Assembly: GCA_028706695.1 (NCBI GenBank)
Contig: JAQTVU010000001.1
Coordinates: 1 to 39,024, forward strand
From: Mycobacterium sp.
Lineage (GTDB): Bacteria > Actinomycetota > Actinomycetes > Mycobacteriales > Mycobacteriaceae
Direction: 5' to 3'
Length of the DNA stretch: 39,024 bases
This document shows, one piece after another, positions 18,427 through 27,619 of this stretch. The notes beneath the pieces were generated by a model. It saw only the letters and a program-made list of their open reading frames with translations, did no database searches and was not told where the DNA came from. The number at the start of each line of letters is the position of its first letter. Position 1 is the stretch's first letter. Made by a program: the position numbers and the translations under genes.

Positions 18427-18565
18427 GTGCGGCGGATCACCGTGGTCCAGGGCGACGACATCACCCAGGTCGACGCCGTCGTCAACGCTGCGGGCACCGC
18501 CCTGCGTGGCGGCGGCGTCGACTGCGCCATCCACCGTGGCCGGCGGCCCAACGGATCCTGCAGGA
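18427..18565 (+). pseudogene. Degenerate macrodomain (O-acetyl-ADP-ribose deacetylase, YmdB-type) N-terminal fragment
   Basis: ITVVQGDDITQVDAVVNAAG...GGGVDCAIHR, then AGGPT and ILQD only after successive 1-nt shifts; the rest of the domain is absent. Confidence 0.75.
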
Positions 18566-18672
18566 CCGAGGCCGGACAACGCAAGCGGTTCGCTAGCCTG
18601 GTCGGTGAAAATAAACGTCGCCGTATCGTGGCGGTCGGGGATGGTGTCAGCGTTCGTTCGTACAGTCCAGTC

Positions 18673-20241
18673 ATGGCGAAGCTGAAACCGACCGACGAGC
18701 AGGTCAACATCGTCGACGCGGCCAAGACCGGCGCGAACCTGGTGATCCAGGCCGGGGCGGGCACCGGCAAGACAAGCACTCTGAAATTGGTTGCCGCGGA
18801 ACAGACTCGGCACAAAACGCTGTATATCGCCTACAACCGGGCGATTGCAAAAGAAGCCGGCCGCAGCTTTCCCTCGCACGTCGACTGCCGAACTGCGCAC
18901 TCGTTGGCCTACGGTGCGGTCGGACGACATTACGCCCACCGATTGAACGGGCCGCGTGAACTTCCCTCCCGGCGCGCTGAAATCCTGGGGACGCGGCTTG
19001 TCAACCTCGGCCAGGACATCACGATCAGCGCGGTGCAGTTGGCGCGGATCGCGATCGAGACCGTCACCCGGTTCTGCTACTCCGCCGACGATGACCTCAG
19101 CACCGCCCACGTGCCCCACCAAAACGGCGTGGTGGGCCCAGCGCATCACACGCTGGCCCAGGTCGCGCTCCCGTACGCGCGGAAGGCGTGGGCCGACATC
19201 ACCAGCAGCGACGGGCTGCTGAAATTCCAGCACGATCACTATCTCAAAATGTGGGTCCTGACCCACCCGAAATTGCCCACCGACGTGATCATGTTGGACG
19301 AGGCCCAAGACTCCAACCCAGTTGTCGCGCAACTGGTACAGAGCCAGACACATGCCCAACTGATCGCTGTGGGGGACAGCAACCAGAGCATGTACCAATG
19401 GCGCGGCGCCTGCGATGCCCTCGGCTCCTGGCCTGCCGACATCGAGTTATTCCTCTCGCGATCCTGGAGGTTCGGGCCCGCGATCGCCGCCGAGGCCAAC
19501 CGGTGGCTCAACCAGATCGACACACCACTGCGCCTCACCGGCAATCCCGCGATCCGATCCCAGATCACATCACTGGACCACCCCCACGCAATCCTGTGCC
19601 GCACCAACGCCGAAGCGATCACCCGTGTGATAGCCCTGCTGACCGAGGGCCGCAAAGTCGCACTCGCCGGCGGCGGCGCTGACATCCGGCGGCTCGCCCA
19701 GGCCGCCACCGAACTCAAGAACGGCGGCCGCACCAACCATCCCGAGCTCTACGTGTTCGCTACCTGGGGCGCTCTACAGGAATACGTCGAAACCGACCAC
19801 GCCGGCCGCGACTTGAAGCCCTTCGTGGACCTCATCGACGCTCATGGGCCCGACGCGATCGTGGAGGCGATCGACGCGCTCGTCGACGAGGACCGAAGCG
19901 ATACCGTGATCAGCACTGCGCACAAATCCAAAGGGCGTGAATGGGATTCGGTGCTCATAGCTGACGACTTCGCTGAACCGCTGGGTCACAACGATATCCC
20001 AGAAACGGACGCGATGCTGGCCTATGTCGCTGTCACGCGCGCCCGCTGGCAGCTGGACCGGTCCGGCTTGGCCTGGATCGACAAGTACTCGACGCGCCGC
20101 CCGCCGCAGCGGTCCTGGCCCAATCGCCAGCTCGACAACCGTCGATTAGCGGCTCGCGCCACGGTCTCGGTGCCAATACGAGGCGGGGTGCCGCCATACC
20201 AGGAGGATTCGTGTTTCTTGACTTCGACGACATTGACCTGA
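18673..20241 (+). CDS. SF1 UvrD/Rep-like DNA helicase (short type)
   Basis: PTDEQ Q-motif, AGAGTGKT, LDEAQD, VGDSNQSMYQWRGA, LSRSWRFG, CRTNA, STAHKSKGREW, YVAVTRA; TACAGT -10 6 nt before ATG 18673. Confidence 0.93.
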   Translation: MAKLKPTDEQVNIVDAAKTGANLVIQAGAGTGKTSTLKLVAAEQTRHKTLYIAYNRAIAKEAGRSFPSHVDCRTAHSLAYGAVGRHYAHRLNGPRELPSRRAEILGTRLVNLGQDITISAVQLARIAIETVTRFCYSADDDLSTAHVPHQNGVVGPAHHTLAQVALPYARKAWADITSSDGLLKFQHDHYLKMWVLTHPKLPTDVIMLDEAQDSNPVVAQLVQSQTHAQLIAVGDSNQSMYQWRGACDALGSWPADIELFLSRSWRFGPAIAAEANRWLNQIDTPLRLTGNPAIRSQITSLDHPHAILCRTNAEAITRVIALLTEGRKVALAGGGADIRRLAQAATELKNGGRTNHPELYVFATWGALQEYVETDHAGRDLKPFVDLIDAHGPDAIVEAIDALVDEDRSDTVISTAHKSKGREWDSVLIADDFAEPLGHNDIPETDAMLAYVAVTRARWQLDRSGLAWIDKYSTRRPPQRSWPNRQLDNRRLAARATVSVPIRGGVPPYQEDSCFLTSTTLT

Positions 20242-20362
20242 CCGACTCCGAAGGCGTTGGCGTGCAGATCGTAGAACGCCAGGCGATTATCGACCGCCTG
20301 ACCGGCGAGGTTGATCAACTCGGGCGCGCACTGCTCACCACGGCCCCCCGTGTGGCGGTGCG

Positions 20363-20713
20363 ATGAGCGTCGTCGCCGAGACGAACTGCGGGCACAACAG
20401 CGGCCCGAACACACCGAGCTGCTGTCTGCCGGGCTGCGGCCACGCTGTCGACACGATCGGGCAACCCTGCACCTGTTGCCGGGCCGCGTTCGGTCCGATG
20501 CTGCGGCAAGCCACAACCCCGCCCGCGCTAGAAGCCGCGCAGCCAGCTTCACTTCAGGCGCGCCCGCCAGGCCGCACAGCAGCGCGGGCCCCCGCAGCTG
20601 CCGGCGCCAAGGAGCGCAAACCCAACCAGCTGTGCTGGATGTGCGAACAGCGACGCATATGCACCCGCGAAGAACACGGCTGGGAATGCGTTGAGTGCCA
20701 ACAGATCACATGA
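20363..20713 (+). CDS. Double zinc-finger-like hypothetical protein
   Basis: CCLPGC..CTCC and CWMC..C..CVEC. Confidence 0.7.
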   Translation: MSVVAETNCGHNSGPNTPSCCLPGCGHAVDTIGQPCTCCRAAFGPMLRQATTPPALEAAQPASLQARPPGRTAARAPAAAGAKERKPNQLCWMCEQRRICTREEHGWECVECQQIT

Positions 20714-20788
20714 AAACGACTCAGCGAGACAGAAGGAGGACCGCCGCCCATCGCGCGGCGTTCGCCAGGAGGACGGAACGAGGTAACA

Positions 20789-20992
20789 ATGCAAGAATTC
20801 TGCAGTTACCGGCATCCAGAGCTCGGAAGGTGCGTCTACGGCAAGGCCCACAAAGTGCCCTACCACACCGTCGACGTGTCCGACCCGCCTGAGCACCGCG
20901 GCACGTACACCATCCGGCACGCGCGATTCAGACACTTCGACTACGCCGGCCGCGAAGTCAACATCGACGAACACGGCCGGATCATCACCTGA
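20789..20992 (+). CDS. Small Cys/His hypothetical protein
   Basis: GAGG RBS; C...C....H...H. Confidence 0.6.
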   Translation: MQEFCSYRHPELGRCVYGKAHKVPYHTVDVSDPPEHRGTYTIRHARFRHFDYAGREVNIDEHGRIIT

Positions 20993-21054
20993 AAGACACA
21001 CCCGTGCACCCCGACCCACCCAGGATGAACCTCGCCCGCGACGAGAATGTGCTG

Positions 21055-21426
21055 ATGAACAACCGTCACTACCCGCCACCCCCGCCCCCTTATGGCACGC
21101 AGCGAGTAACACGGCTGCGGCGACCGACGTTTGTCAGGTTCCTCGGAGCGTGCGGCATCGCCCTGGTGGTGGCGTACGTGGTGTTCGTGCCGTTGACTTT
21201 GCATTGGATGCACGACGTGGGCGGAGTTTCTCCAGCGGGCGGCCATTACTCGTTAGGTGGAGTGCTGTTCGCGATCGCCATCACCGGAATCCTGTGGGTT
21301 CCGCTGACCATGATGATGGCGAGTTGGCTCCTCATCCCGGTGATCATGATTGTGGCGTTCATCGGCGCCTCAATACGGCGAGTGTCGGTGCCCGCGCCAC
21401 CCCCGCACGACGGAATGCAAGCGTGA
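21055..21426 (+). CDS. Membrane protein (about 3 TM)
   Basis: Pro-rich N-terminus then hydrophobic helices; start uncertain. Confidence 0.7.
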   Translation: MNNRHYPPPPPPYGTQRVTRLRRPTFVRFLGACGIALVVAYVVFVPLTLHWMHDVGGVSPAGGHYSLGGVLFAIAITGILWVPLTMMMASWLLIPVIMIVAFIGASIRRVSVPAPPPHDGMQA

Positions 21427-22177
21427 ACACTGAGGCGCGAAACGCCCGCTCCGAGCGAGTCAGCACCATGTTGCGACACTTGGGCCAGATCGACCGCGCG
21501 AATGATCGCACGCCACCGTACAAGCAGATCGCCACACTGCTACGTGACGCCATTATCGACGGACGCTACCGGCCAGGCGACCGGCTTCCCTCAGAGACAG
21601 CGCTGATCAACCATTTCGGTGTAGCGCGCATGACCGTCCGGCAGGCCGTTCAGGTGTTGCGTGGCGATGGACTCGCCTTCGCCGAACACGGTAAGGGCGT
21701 GTTCGTCCTGCAGCCCAGCCAGCACGTGGGCACAGCCCACGCCAGTGGGCCGCGCACCGCGCCGGCAGGGACTGCCGGCAGTGCGGTTTCAAGATCTGGA
21801 CACCGATCGCTAGTTTGCCAGTCTCAACGGTCGGGCTCTACGACGACGCCCGCTATCCCGGCCGGGTCCTGGTCTCCGCGCGGGACCACTACGACCACCT
21901 CGACGAGATGCCAGCGACCGCGCTCAACGCCTTCATGCTCGACGTGCAGCACACCGCTCGAGCTCTACGACGCTGGGCTGACGTCGACCGCATCAACGTC
22001 GCGGTCCTCGGCAACAACACCGCCCATGTTCACGCGCACGTCATTCCCCGGCGGGCCACCGAGCGCAACGCCGACCGCGCCCCGTGGGACGGCGCCGAAC
22101 CGCGGCGGCCGCTCGCGGGCGCGGACAAGATACGCATTGTCGCCGATCTTTGCAGCCTCATGGCCACAGACCGATGA
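21423..22177 (+). pseudogene. GntR wHTH-HIT hydrolase fusion split by a -1 frameshift (or two overlapping genes)
   Basis: PPYKQIA..LPSE..FGVARMTVRQA..GKGVFV (GntR) has no stop after the domain; the -1 frame encodes DCRQCGF..LGNNTAHVHAHVIPR (HIT) with no start codon upstream of the CxxC. Confidence 0.75.
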
Positions 22178-22254
22178 CCTGCGTTCGACTGCGGACACCA
22201 CGATCCGGCGAAGCCGCGACGGCTAACCAGAACCACGAGAAGGGATTTAACGAG

Positions 22255-22434
22255 ATGGCCAGTGAAGCAAATGTTGACGACGATTCGTGCGTATGTGAGC
22301 ACTACGTCGTCGACTACAGCGATCCTGAGCGCTACCACCCCGAGAACATCGACAGAGAAGAAAACCCAGCCTGCCGCATCCATGCCCAACAGGAGGGTGG
22401 TTCGAAATTCCCCAAAAAGAGTACATATCAATGA
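22255..22434 (+). CDS. Small acidic Cys/His protein
   Basis: AAGGGA RBS; CVC...CRIH. Confidence 0.5.
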   Translation: MASEANVDDDSCVCEHYVVDYSDPERYHPENIDREENPACRIHAQQEGGSKFPKKSTYQ

Positions 22435-22606
22435 CACTGGGGAACTTCGACGCTTTCTATGGCCTTGTTACCGACCGTAGGTTGCCGCATGGACGCATCT
22501 GCGGCCCGACACGGGCACACAAGGCTGCGTTCTTGGCTGGCGGAAGCGTTGAATCACGCCGACAACGCCGGCGCTATGCGTCGCGGCCAGGAGCAAAGGA
22601 GGACAG

Positions 22607-23371
22607 ATGGATTCACCCGATCGGCCAAATCAGATGCCGGCAGTCGAGTTAAATCTCTACGACGGCACGGTCGCAACCCGGTTCCTCAACAGCGACCCTC
22701 GCGCCGACCGCGCAGACGCGGCGCTGACCGACCGTCTCGGGCCACCGGAAAAGCCTGCTGTGCTGACCGAGGGAGCTTCCAATGGCCGCCGGTCGGTGAG
22801 GCTGTTGGTTATCGCCGACACCACCCCAGATCTCCCAGCCAATGTGCACGGATTCCTGGCCCGCGCGCGCATCGACGCGATAGTCACCGCCGGCGACCTC
22901 CTCCCAACCGATCTGCGGAAGTTCTCCACCGTCGCCCTACCCAAACTGGGGGTTTACGGGAATCATTGCAACGGCCGCTACCTCGACGAATCGGGCTTTA
23001 CCAACCTGCACTTGCAGTCCGTGGACGTGTGCGAGTTGCGGATGACCGGCCTTGAAGGCTGCGTCCGCTACAAGCCCGGCGAATCCGACATCCTCTATAC
23101 CCAAGACGAGTACTCAACGATGGTCGCCGCACTGCGCCCCGCCGATGTCCTCGTGACCCACTGCCCGCCGGCTGGCATCAACGACCACGACGACGCGGCT
23201 CACCAGGGCATCATCGCGCTGCGGCACTGGGTGGACAGGCACCAACCCGAACTCCTCATCCACGGCCACACCTACCCGAACGCGCCGATCACCCAACACG
23301 GGGCCACGCGTGTGGAATACGTCCACGGTGCGCGCATCGTCGAGATTGGTGCACCAGCCGGCCGCCCCTAA
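22607..23371 (+). CDS. Calcineurin-like metallophosphoesterase
   Basis: IADT, AGDL, GVYGNH, LVTHCPP, IHGHT; AAGGAGG RBS. Confidence 0.9.
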   Translation: MDSPDRPNQMPAVELNLYDGTVATRFLNSDPRADRADAALTDRLGPPEKPAVLTEGASNGRRSVRLLVIADTTPDLPANVHGFLARARIDAIVTAGDLLPTDLRKFSTVALPKLGVYGNHCNGRYLDESGFTNLHLQSVDVCELRMTGLEGCVRYKPGESDILYTQDEYSTMVAALRPADVLVTHCPPAGINDHDDAAHQGIIALRHWVDRHQPELLIHGHTYPNAPITQHGATRVEYVHGARIVEIGAPAGRP

Positions 23372-23447
23372 AGCTAGACGCCCATAGCGGGTTCGTGGTG
23401 CACGCATGGTACGGCTTTGCGTCAAAGGACAGGGATTCCGGCGCGCG

Positions 23448-24377
23448 TCAGGCAGATGCGGAAGCGGCACCATTCGGTATTGATCGCATGGTCCGCGCAC
23501 GGGCGATGAGCCTGACGAGCGCGTTGCTGACTAGTCGCGGACTCTCGAGCTCGAGCATGTGCCCAGCCCGCGGAACCCGCACTAGCTCGGCATGAGGCAG
23601 CCGCGATGCCAGGTCGAGGGAATGCCGCATCGGGGTGATCAGGTCGGCTTCGCCGCAGGCGACCAACGCAGGCAGGTGCGCAAGCTTGGCCACCGCGTCG
23701 GTCTGGTCATGCGCCCGGAACGCCGCCAGCAGCGCGGCGATGGTCAGGATCGGTGTAGAGCCGATCATGCGGCAGCACAACTGATTTGCCTGCACCACCG
23801 GCAGCGCCGTGACGGGAATCCCCAATACCGGGGCTATGCTTTGGCGGACAACGGACCAAGCGCGCCCGGTCAGCGCCGGGGCGCGCCGCGCGGCGAAGTG
23901 CAGCAGCGGCACGACTGGAGTGTCGAGGGCGCGTCCGATACCGCAGCTGCTGAGATGGGCTGCGGCCGTGGAGATCAGGCCTACGCCAGCTACGCGGGCG
24001 AGTGTTTCGGGGTGGCGGGCGGCGTACGACAGGATCGTCATACCGCCCATAGAGTGGCCGACCAGCACAACTCTGCCGGTTCCGCCGGCGGCCTGGATGA
24101 CCGAGTTGAGGTCGTCGCCGAGCTGGGGCAGCGTGTACGACGTTGGATCGGCGGGGATTTCGGAGCGGCCGTGGCCGCGCTGGTCGTAGAAGACGAGGCG
24201 GGCAGTGTCGCCGAGCTCACCGGCCAGGTGGCGAGATTGTGGAAGCCAGGCGTCCATGGTGAGGCAGAAGCCGTGGGAGAACACGACCGTCACGGGTGCG
24301 TGTGCGGGCCCGATCTCGCGGACTGCCAGGCGGGTCCCGTCGCTGGCTCGGATTGTCCGCGTCTGCAATTCGTCCAT
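23448..24377 (-). CDS. Alpha/beta-fold hydrolase
   Basis: HGF, YDQRGHGRS, GHSMGG nucleophile elbow, GEAD, AGHM. Confidence 0.95.
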   Translation of the reverse strand: MDELQTRTIRASDGTRLAVREIGPAHAPVTVVFSHGFCLTMDAWLPQSRHLAGELGDTARLVFYDQRGHGRSEIPADPTSYTLPQLGDDLNSVIQAAGGTGRVVLVGHSMGGMTILSYAARHPETLARVAGVGLISTAAAHLSSCGIGRALDTPVVPLLHFAARRAPALTGRAWSVVRQSIAPVLGIPVTALPVVQANQLCCRMIGSTPILTIAALLAAFRAHDQTDAVAKLAHLPALVACGEADLITPMRHSLDLASRLPHAELVRVPRAGHMLELESPRLVSNALVRLIARARTMRSIPNGAASASA

Positions 24378-24459
24378 GTCTACCCCCCTGGGAAGACTTG
24401 CTGTTCTGCGTTGGATGCTTCCACCGCGCGGAACCGCGGTTGCTGACCTCGCCGCGTGT

Positions 24460-24477
24460 CCGGCAACTATTTGCCGG
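24460..24477. promoter_or_regulatory. Palindromic operator candidate between divergent genes
   Basis: CCGGCAA-ctat-TTGCCGG. Confidence 0.35.
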
Positions 24478-24611
24478 GTTCTGCCGACTGAAGTTTGGCG
24501 CGCCCCCCCTTGGTGCAGTGGTGGGCGGAAAGTTTCGGGTGCGAAGTTGCGCTAGTGCGGCTACCGGGCGGGGAGCGCAGGTACGCTCCGGGCTGAGTGA
24601 AGGAGTTGATG

Positions 24612-25289
24612 ATGTCGGCCTCGGCCTCGACCAGCGATGCATTTGATGGTGAAGCGCGCCGCCGCGCGCTTTCCACACGCGATGGCTTGCAGGCGTTGAT
24701 CGCTGAGCAATTGGCGGCCAGTCACGGTCGCGCGTGGGCCTCGCTGCCTGAGGACTACCGTACGGACTACCTCCTCGACGCCGCCGCACTGATTGATCAG
24801 GGCATGACGCCTTGGTGGGAGGATCACACCCCTCCGGCCAACCCTCCGGCTGCTATGGAGGCTGATCTGTTTGAGTTCGACCGCTCGATGGAGTGGTTCA
24901 TGTCGTTCCTCGATGCGCGGCACCCGGAGTGGACGAAAACCGGGTTGCATCCGTCGGCGCTGATGGAGATGGCCGATCCTGTCGACTGGGACGCCTGGGT
25001 GACGATCTCGGTCGCGGTGTCAGAAGAGGTGCGTCAACTGTGGTCCCAGCGTTTCGCCGCGCAGACCGGGGAGGCGCCGCCGGCCACGCAGGCCCCGCCG
25101 CTGCCGGTGCCGGCGTCGGCGCCGGCCTCGACGCGTGAGGTGCGGCTGGCGCGGTTCGCGGCCGCGATCGGCGCGGTGCTGGCGAACCGGCACCGCCGGC
25201 GTTGGATGGATGTGCCGTCCGACCTGAAAGCGGCTTACCTCAAGGACGCCTACTCGTTGATGAACGCCGGCCTCACGTACAGCATCTAG
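24612..25289 (+). CDS. Hypothetical protein with duplicated ~40-aa domain
   Basis: AAGGAG RBS; W..(L/V)P.D....YL.DA..L...G.T occurs twice. Confidence 0.75.
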   Translation: MSASASTSDAFDGEARRRALSTRDGLQALIAEQLAASHGRAWASLPEDYRTDYLLDAAALIDQGMTPWWEDHTPPANPPAAMEADLFEFDRSMEWFMSFLDARHPEWTKTGLHPSALMEMADPVDWDAWVTISVAVSEEVRQLWSQRFAAQTGEAPPATQAPPLPVPASAPASTREVRLARFAAAIGAVLANRHRRRWMDVPSDLKAAYLKDAYSLMNAGLTYSI

Positions 25290-25579
25290 CTGGCGTTGCG
25301 GCGCCGCTGATCCGGGCCGCGATGGGCGCGCGCGATTACCTCATCCAGGGAGGCGGGCGGGTTTCGATCCGCGGAGTGGATGCCGATTCGATGCTTCATG
25401 CTGTTGACGGCCTGCGGGCTGACATGTGCGTGGCGTGCGATGACACTGGGCCTGATCCCACTGAGCAGGGCCTGCCGAAACAGGGACATATACAGCCGAT
25501 TTGCTTCCTTACGCAAGATGGCGGCCCGGCTTAAATCGTCGAGAAGCTCGGTCTCAGTCGGTTTCTTCCGTCGGGCCAT
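25286..25579 (-). CDS. Small HTH DNA-binding protein
   Basis: GIRPSVIARHAHVSPQAVNSM HTH pattern; TAAACT 7 nt before the ATG. Confidence 0.75.
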   Translation of the reverse strand: MARRKKPTETELLDDLSRAAILRKEANRLYMSLFRQALLSGIRPSVIARHAHVSPQAVNSMKHRIGIHSADRNPPASLDEVIARAHRGPDQRRRNAS

Positions 25580-25779
25580 ACGGCGAAGTTTAAGTTATCG
25601 ACGATCGCGAGCCGCCAAGCCCGTGAGCGCGCGTCGGCCGGTGTCGCGGCTTACTGCGGCCGGATCGCCGTCGCCCACAGCCCGAGCATGATCCGACCGA
25701 GGGGCACGAAGAAAGAGGACCGCGACACGACACGTAACCCTGCGCGTCGGCGCGGATCCGTAAACTATGCCGTATGACC
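25574..25779. promoter_or_regulatory. Inverted 19-bp repeats spanning the -10 and start codon of two divergent leaderless genes
   Basis: TAAACTtcGCCGTATGgCC (minus, 25574-25592) vs TAAACTatGCCGTATGaCC (plus, 25761-25779); 16/19 identical. Confidence 0.7.
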
Positions 25780-26034
25780 GCAGCGGGCTGGAACGACACA
25801 CAAACGCACGCGTCGCCAACGCCTGCAGGTCTGCAAATCCCGGAAAACCCAGATCAACTCGGGCCGTCGCTCACCCCGCCGGTCATCTCTGGGCCGATCG
25901 CCGCCTCAAGCTTGGGCGGCATCCCTTTCATCGCGATCAACGGGCCCATTCACCACTTCAGCGGGCAGCGCCTCGCTGCCCTCGTCCGCGGCGCGCTGGA
26001 ACAAGCGGGCTGCACTATCGACGTGCCCGAGTAA
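25774..26034 (+). CDS. Hypothetical protein (86 aa)
   Basis: TAAACT 7 nt before the ATG; plausible globular C-terminal half. Confidence 0.65.
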   Translation: MTAAGWNDTQTHASPTPAGLQIPENPDQLGPSLTPPVISGPIAASSLGGIPFIAINGPIHHFSGQRLAALVRGALEQAGCTIDVPE

Positions 26035-26148
26035 CCAGCAGCGTCCGGAAAACCGCCCGACACCGCGCAACATGCAACTCCCACTCGGGGGCCGGTCCTA
26101 GGCTGAAGCGACGCGGCGACCCGTGCCACGAACGATCAGGGGGACACC

Positions 26149-26865
26149 ATGGGCGCAGTTGAGCCAATCGACCTACCCGAGACCGCACTCATCATCGGGG
26201 GCAATTTCCCCACCCAGGATGAGACCGCCTATGCGCGTGAAGCGGCCAGCCAGCGCGATTCCGCGGAGCATGCGGCCGCCGCCGGAGGCGCCACCCTAGC
26301 CGCTGCGCGCTACACCGATCCGGAGTTTCGCGGCCTGGCCGGCGGCGCGCTGGCTACGAAACTCGTCGGGCATCATCAGACGTTGTCGGCCGATGAAGCC
26401 CGCCACGCCAACGTCGCGTCGTGGCTGGACCTCGGGTCAGAGAACATCACGCAGACCAAGGCCGCGATGAACCAGATCGCCGCCGACTACCACGCCACCT
26501 ACGACACGCTGTGCGCGCGTGCCAGTGATGAGTCGTGGCCGCAGCACCGGTTGCGGACCGAGAAGGAGCAGGCGGTCGCTGACGCGCAAAGCCGGGTCCA
26601 GGCCGCGCGGGAGGCCTTCGAAACCCGACACCGGGAAATCAGCAGCGGCATCGTCAGCGGCGAGGTCCCGGACAGTGCACCAGCGACGGCAGGCGCCGGC
26701 CAGGTGCGCTTTCACGGCGCCGGCTTCGGGGGCCCGGCCCCGTTGGTTACCGGTGGCGAGGGCGGCGACGAGGTGGAAGACAACGACGGGGGACTGGCCG
26801 ACGGTGTCGTCGACAGGCTGATCATGGGGGGCGCCTGGACGTGGGCCGACGGCGGGCGCCATTAA
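26149..26865 (+). CDS. EspK-like/WXG100-like N-terminal domain protein (putative T7SS substrate)
   Basis: GGNFPTQDETAY, FRG turn and VASWL...I.QTK pattern in a helical bundle; short acidic tail. Confidence 0.65.
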   Translation: MGAVEPIDLPETALIIGGNFPTQDETAYAREAASQRDSAEHAAAAGGATLAAARYTDPEFRGLAGGALATKLVGHHQTLSADEARHANVASWLDLGSENITQTKAAMNQIAADYHATYDTLCARASDESWPQHRLRTEKEQAVADAQSRVQAAREAFETRHREISSGIVSGEVPDSAPATAGAGQVRFHGAGFGGPAPLVTGGEGGDEVEDNDGGLADGVVDRLIMGGAWTWADGGRH

Positions 26866-26911
26866 GGCTTGCCGACTGCCCGCCAAGGGTTTCCACGGCT
26901 GGCTTCTCGTC

Positions 26912-27443
26912 GTGGCCGCTGCGCTAACTTGCGTGGCCGCCCCATCTGCTGCTGCGGCCCCGCCTGACTACCCCGGCTACCGTGCGGTCGACCCAACCCC
27001 ATTTCGTACCTTCAGCACGTATGGCGGCGGCGGCGCGCAGTTCACGTCGCCGAGCGGCCAACTGTGCCGGATCGTGGTGATCTCACGCGGCATGTTCGCC
27101 TACATCGAGTGCCTGGGTGATCTTCACGGCTCCGCTGAGGGAAACAATTTGGTCCGGATCGCCAGTGTGGGCCCAGGCGGCTTTTCAACGACCACGCGGG
27201 AGGCGTTCTTGGGCGCCAAGGACGTGGGACCCGACGGCGTCACGCGTGAACCGACCGGCCCTGCGGGGTTTATTCCGCTGCCCGCGGGCAGCAGTCTGAC
27301 CTACACCGACAGCGCCTGGTCCGGTACCTGCGCGGTCGACGCCGCCAGCACCAGCTGCACCATCACCGCGACCAACCCCACCGGAAGGGACCAGCACCAG
27401 CAAAAGCTTCGTGGTGACCGCCACCACCGCGACGATCGACTGA
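26912..27443 (+). CDS. Exported Cys-containing protein, probably frameshifted near 27386
   Basis: Signal-peptide-like AAALTCVAAPSAAA; PDYPGYRAVDP..FTSPSGQLCRI; the natural-looking end SKSFVVTATTATID* (TGA 27441-27443) is in the +1 frame. Confidence 0.6.
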
Positions 27444-27619
27444 CACCAACCCGCCCCGGCGGACGGCGCGCCACCACACACCCCCGTGCGTCTCGTTTTG
27501 TTGTGATGGCCGGATGGCGAGAAATTGTGCGCGGCAACACCTCTCGGTCGCAGAATTTGTCAGTCGACTCCCACACAATGGCCACCAAGACGGCTTGCTC
27601 GCACCGGGAGGAATGACAA

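Noticed and set aside
18304-20241. Intact 645-aa macro-helicase fusion
   Set aside because: The macro part is truncated and frameshifted, and the helicase has its own leaderless start at 18673
21150-22226. 358-aa GntR protein as listed
   Set aside because: The N-terminus overlaps the membrane gene and the C-terminus is the off-frame reading of the HIT domain
22431-22652. ORF between the Cys mini-gene and the phosphoesterase
   Set aside because: Two competing frames, neither convincing; possibly a decayed gene
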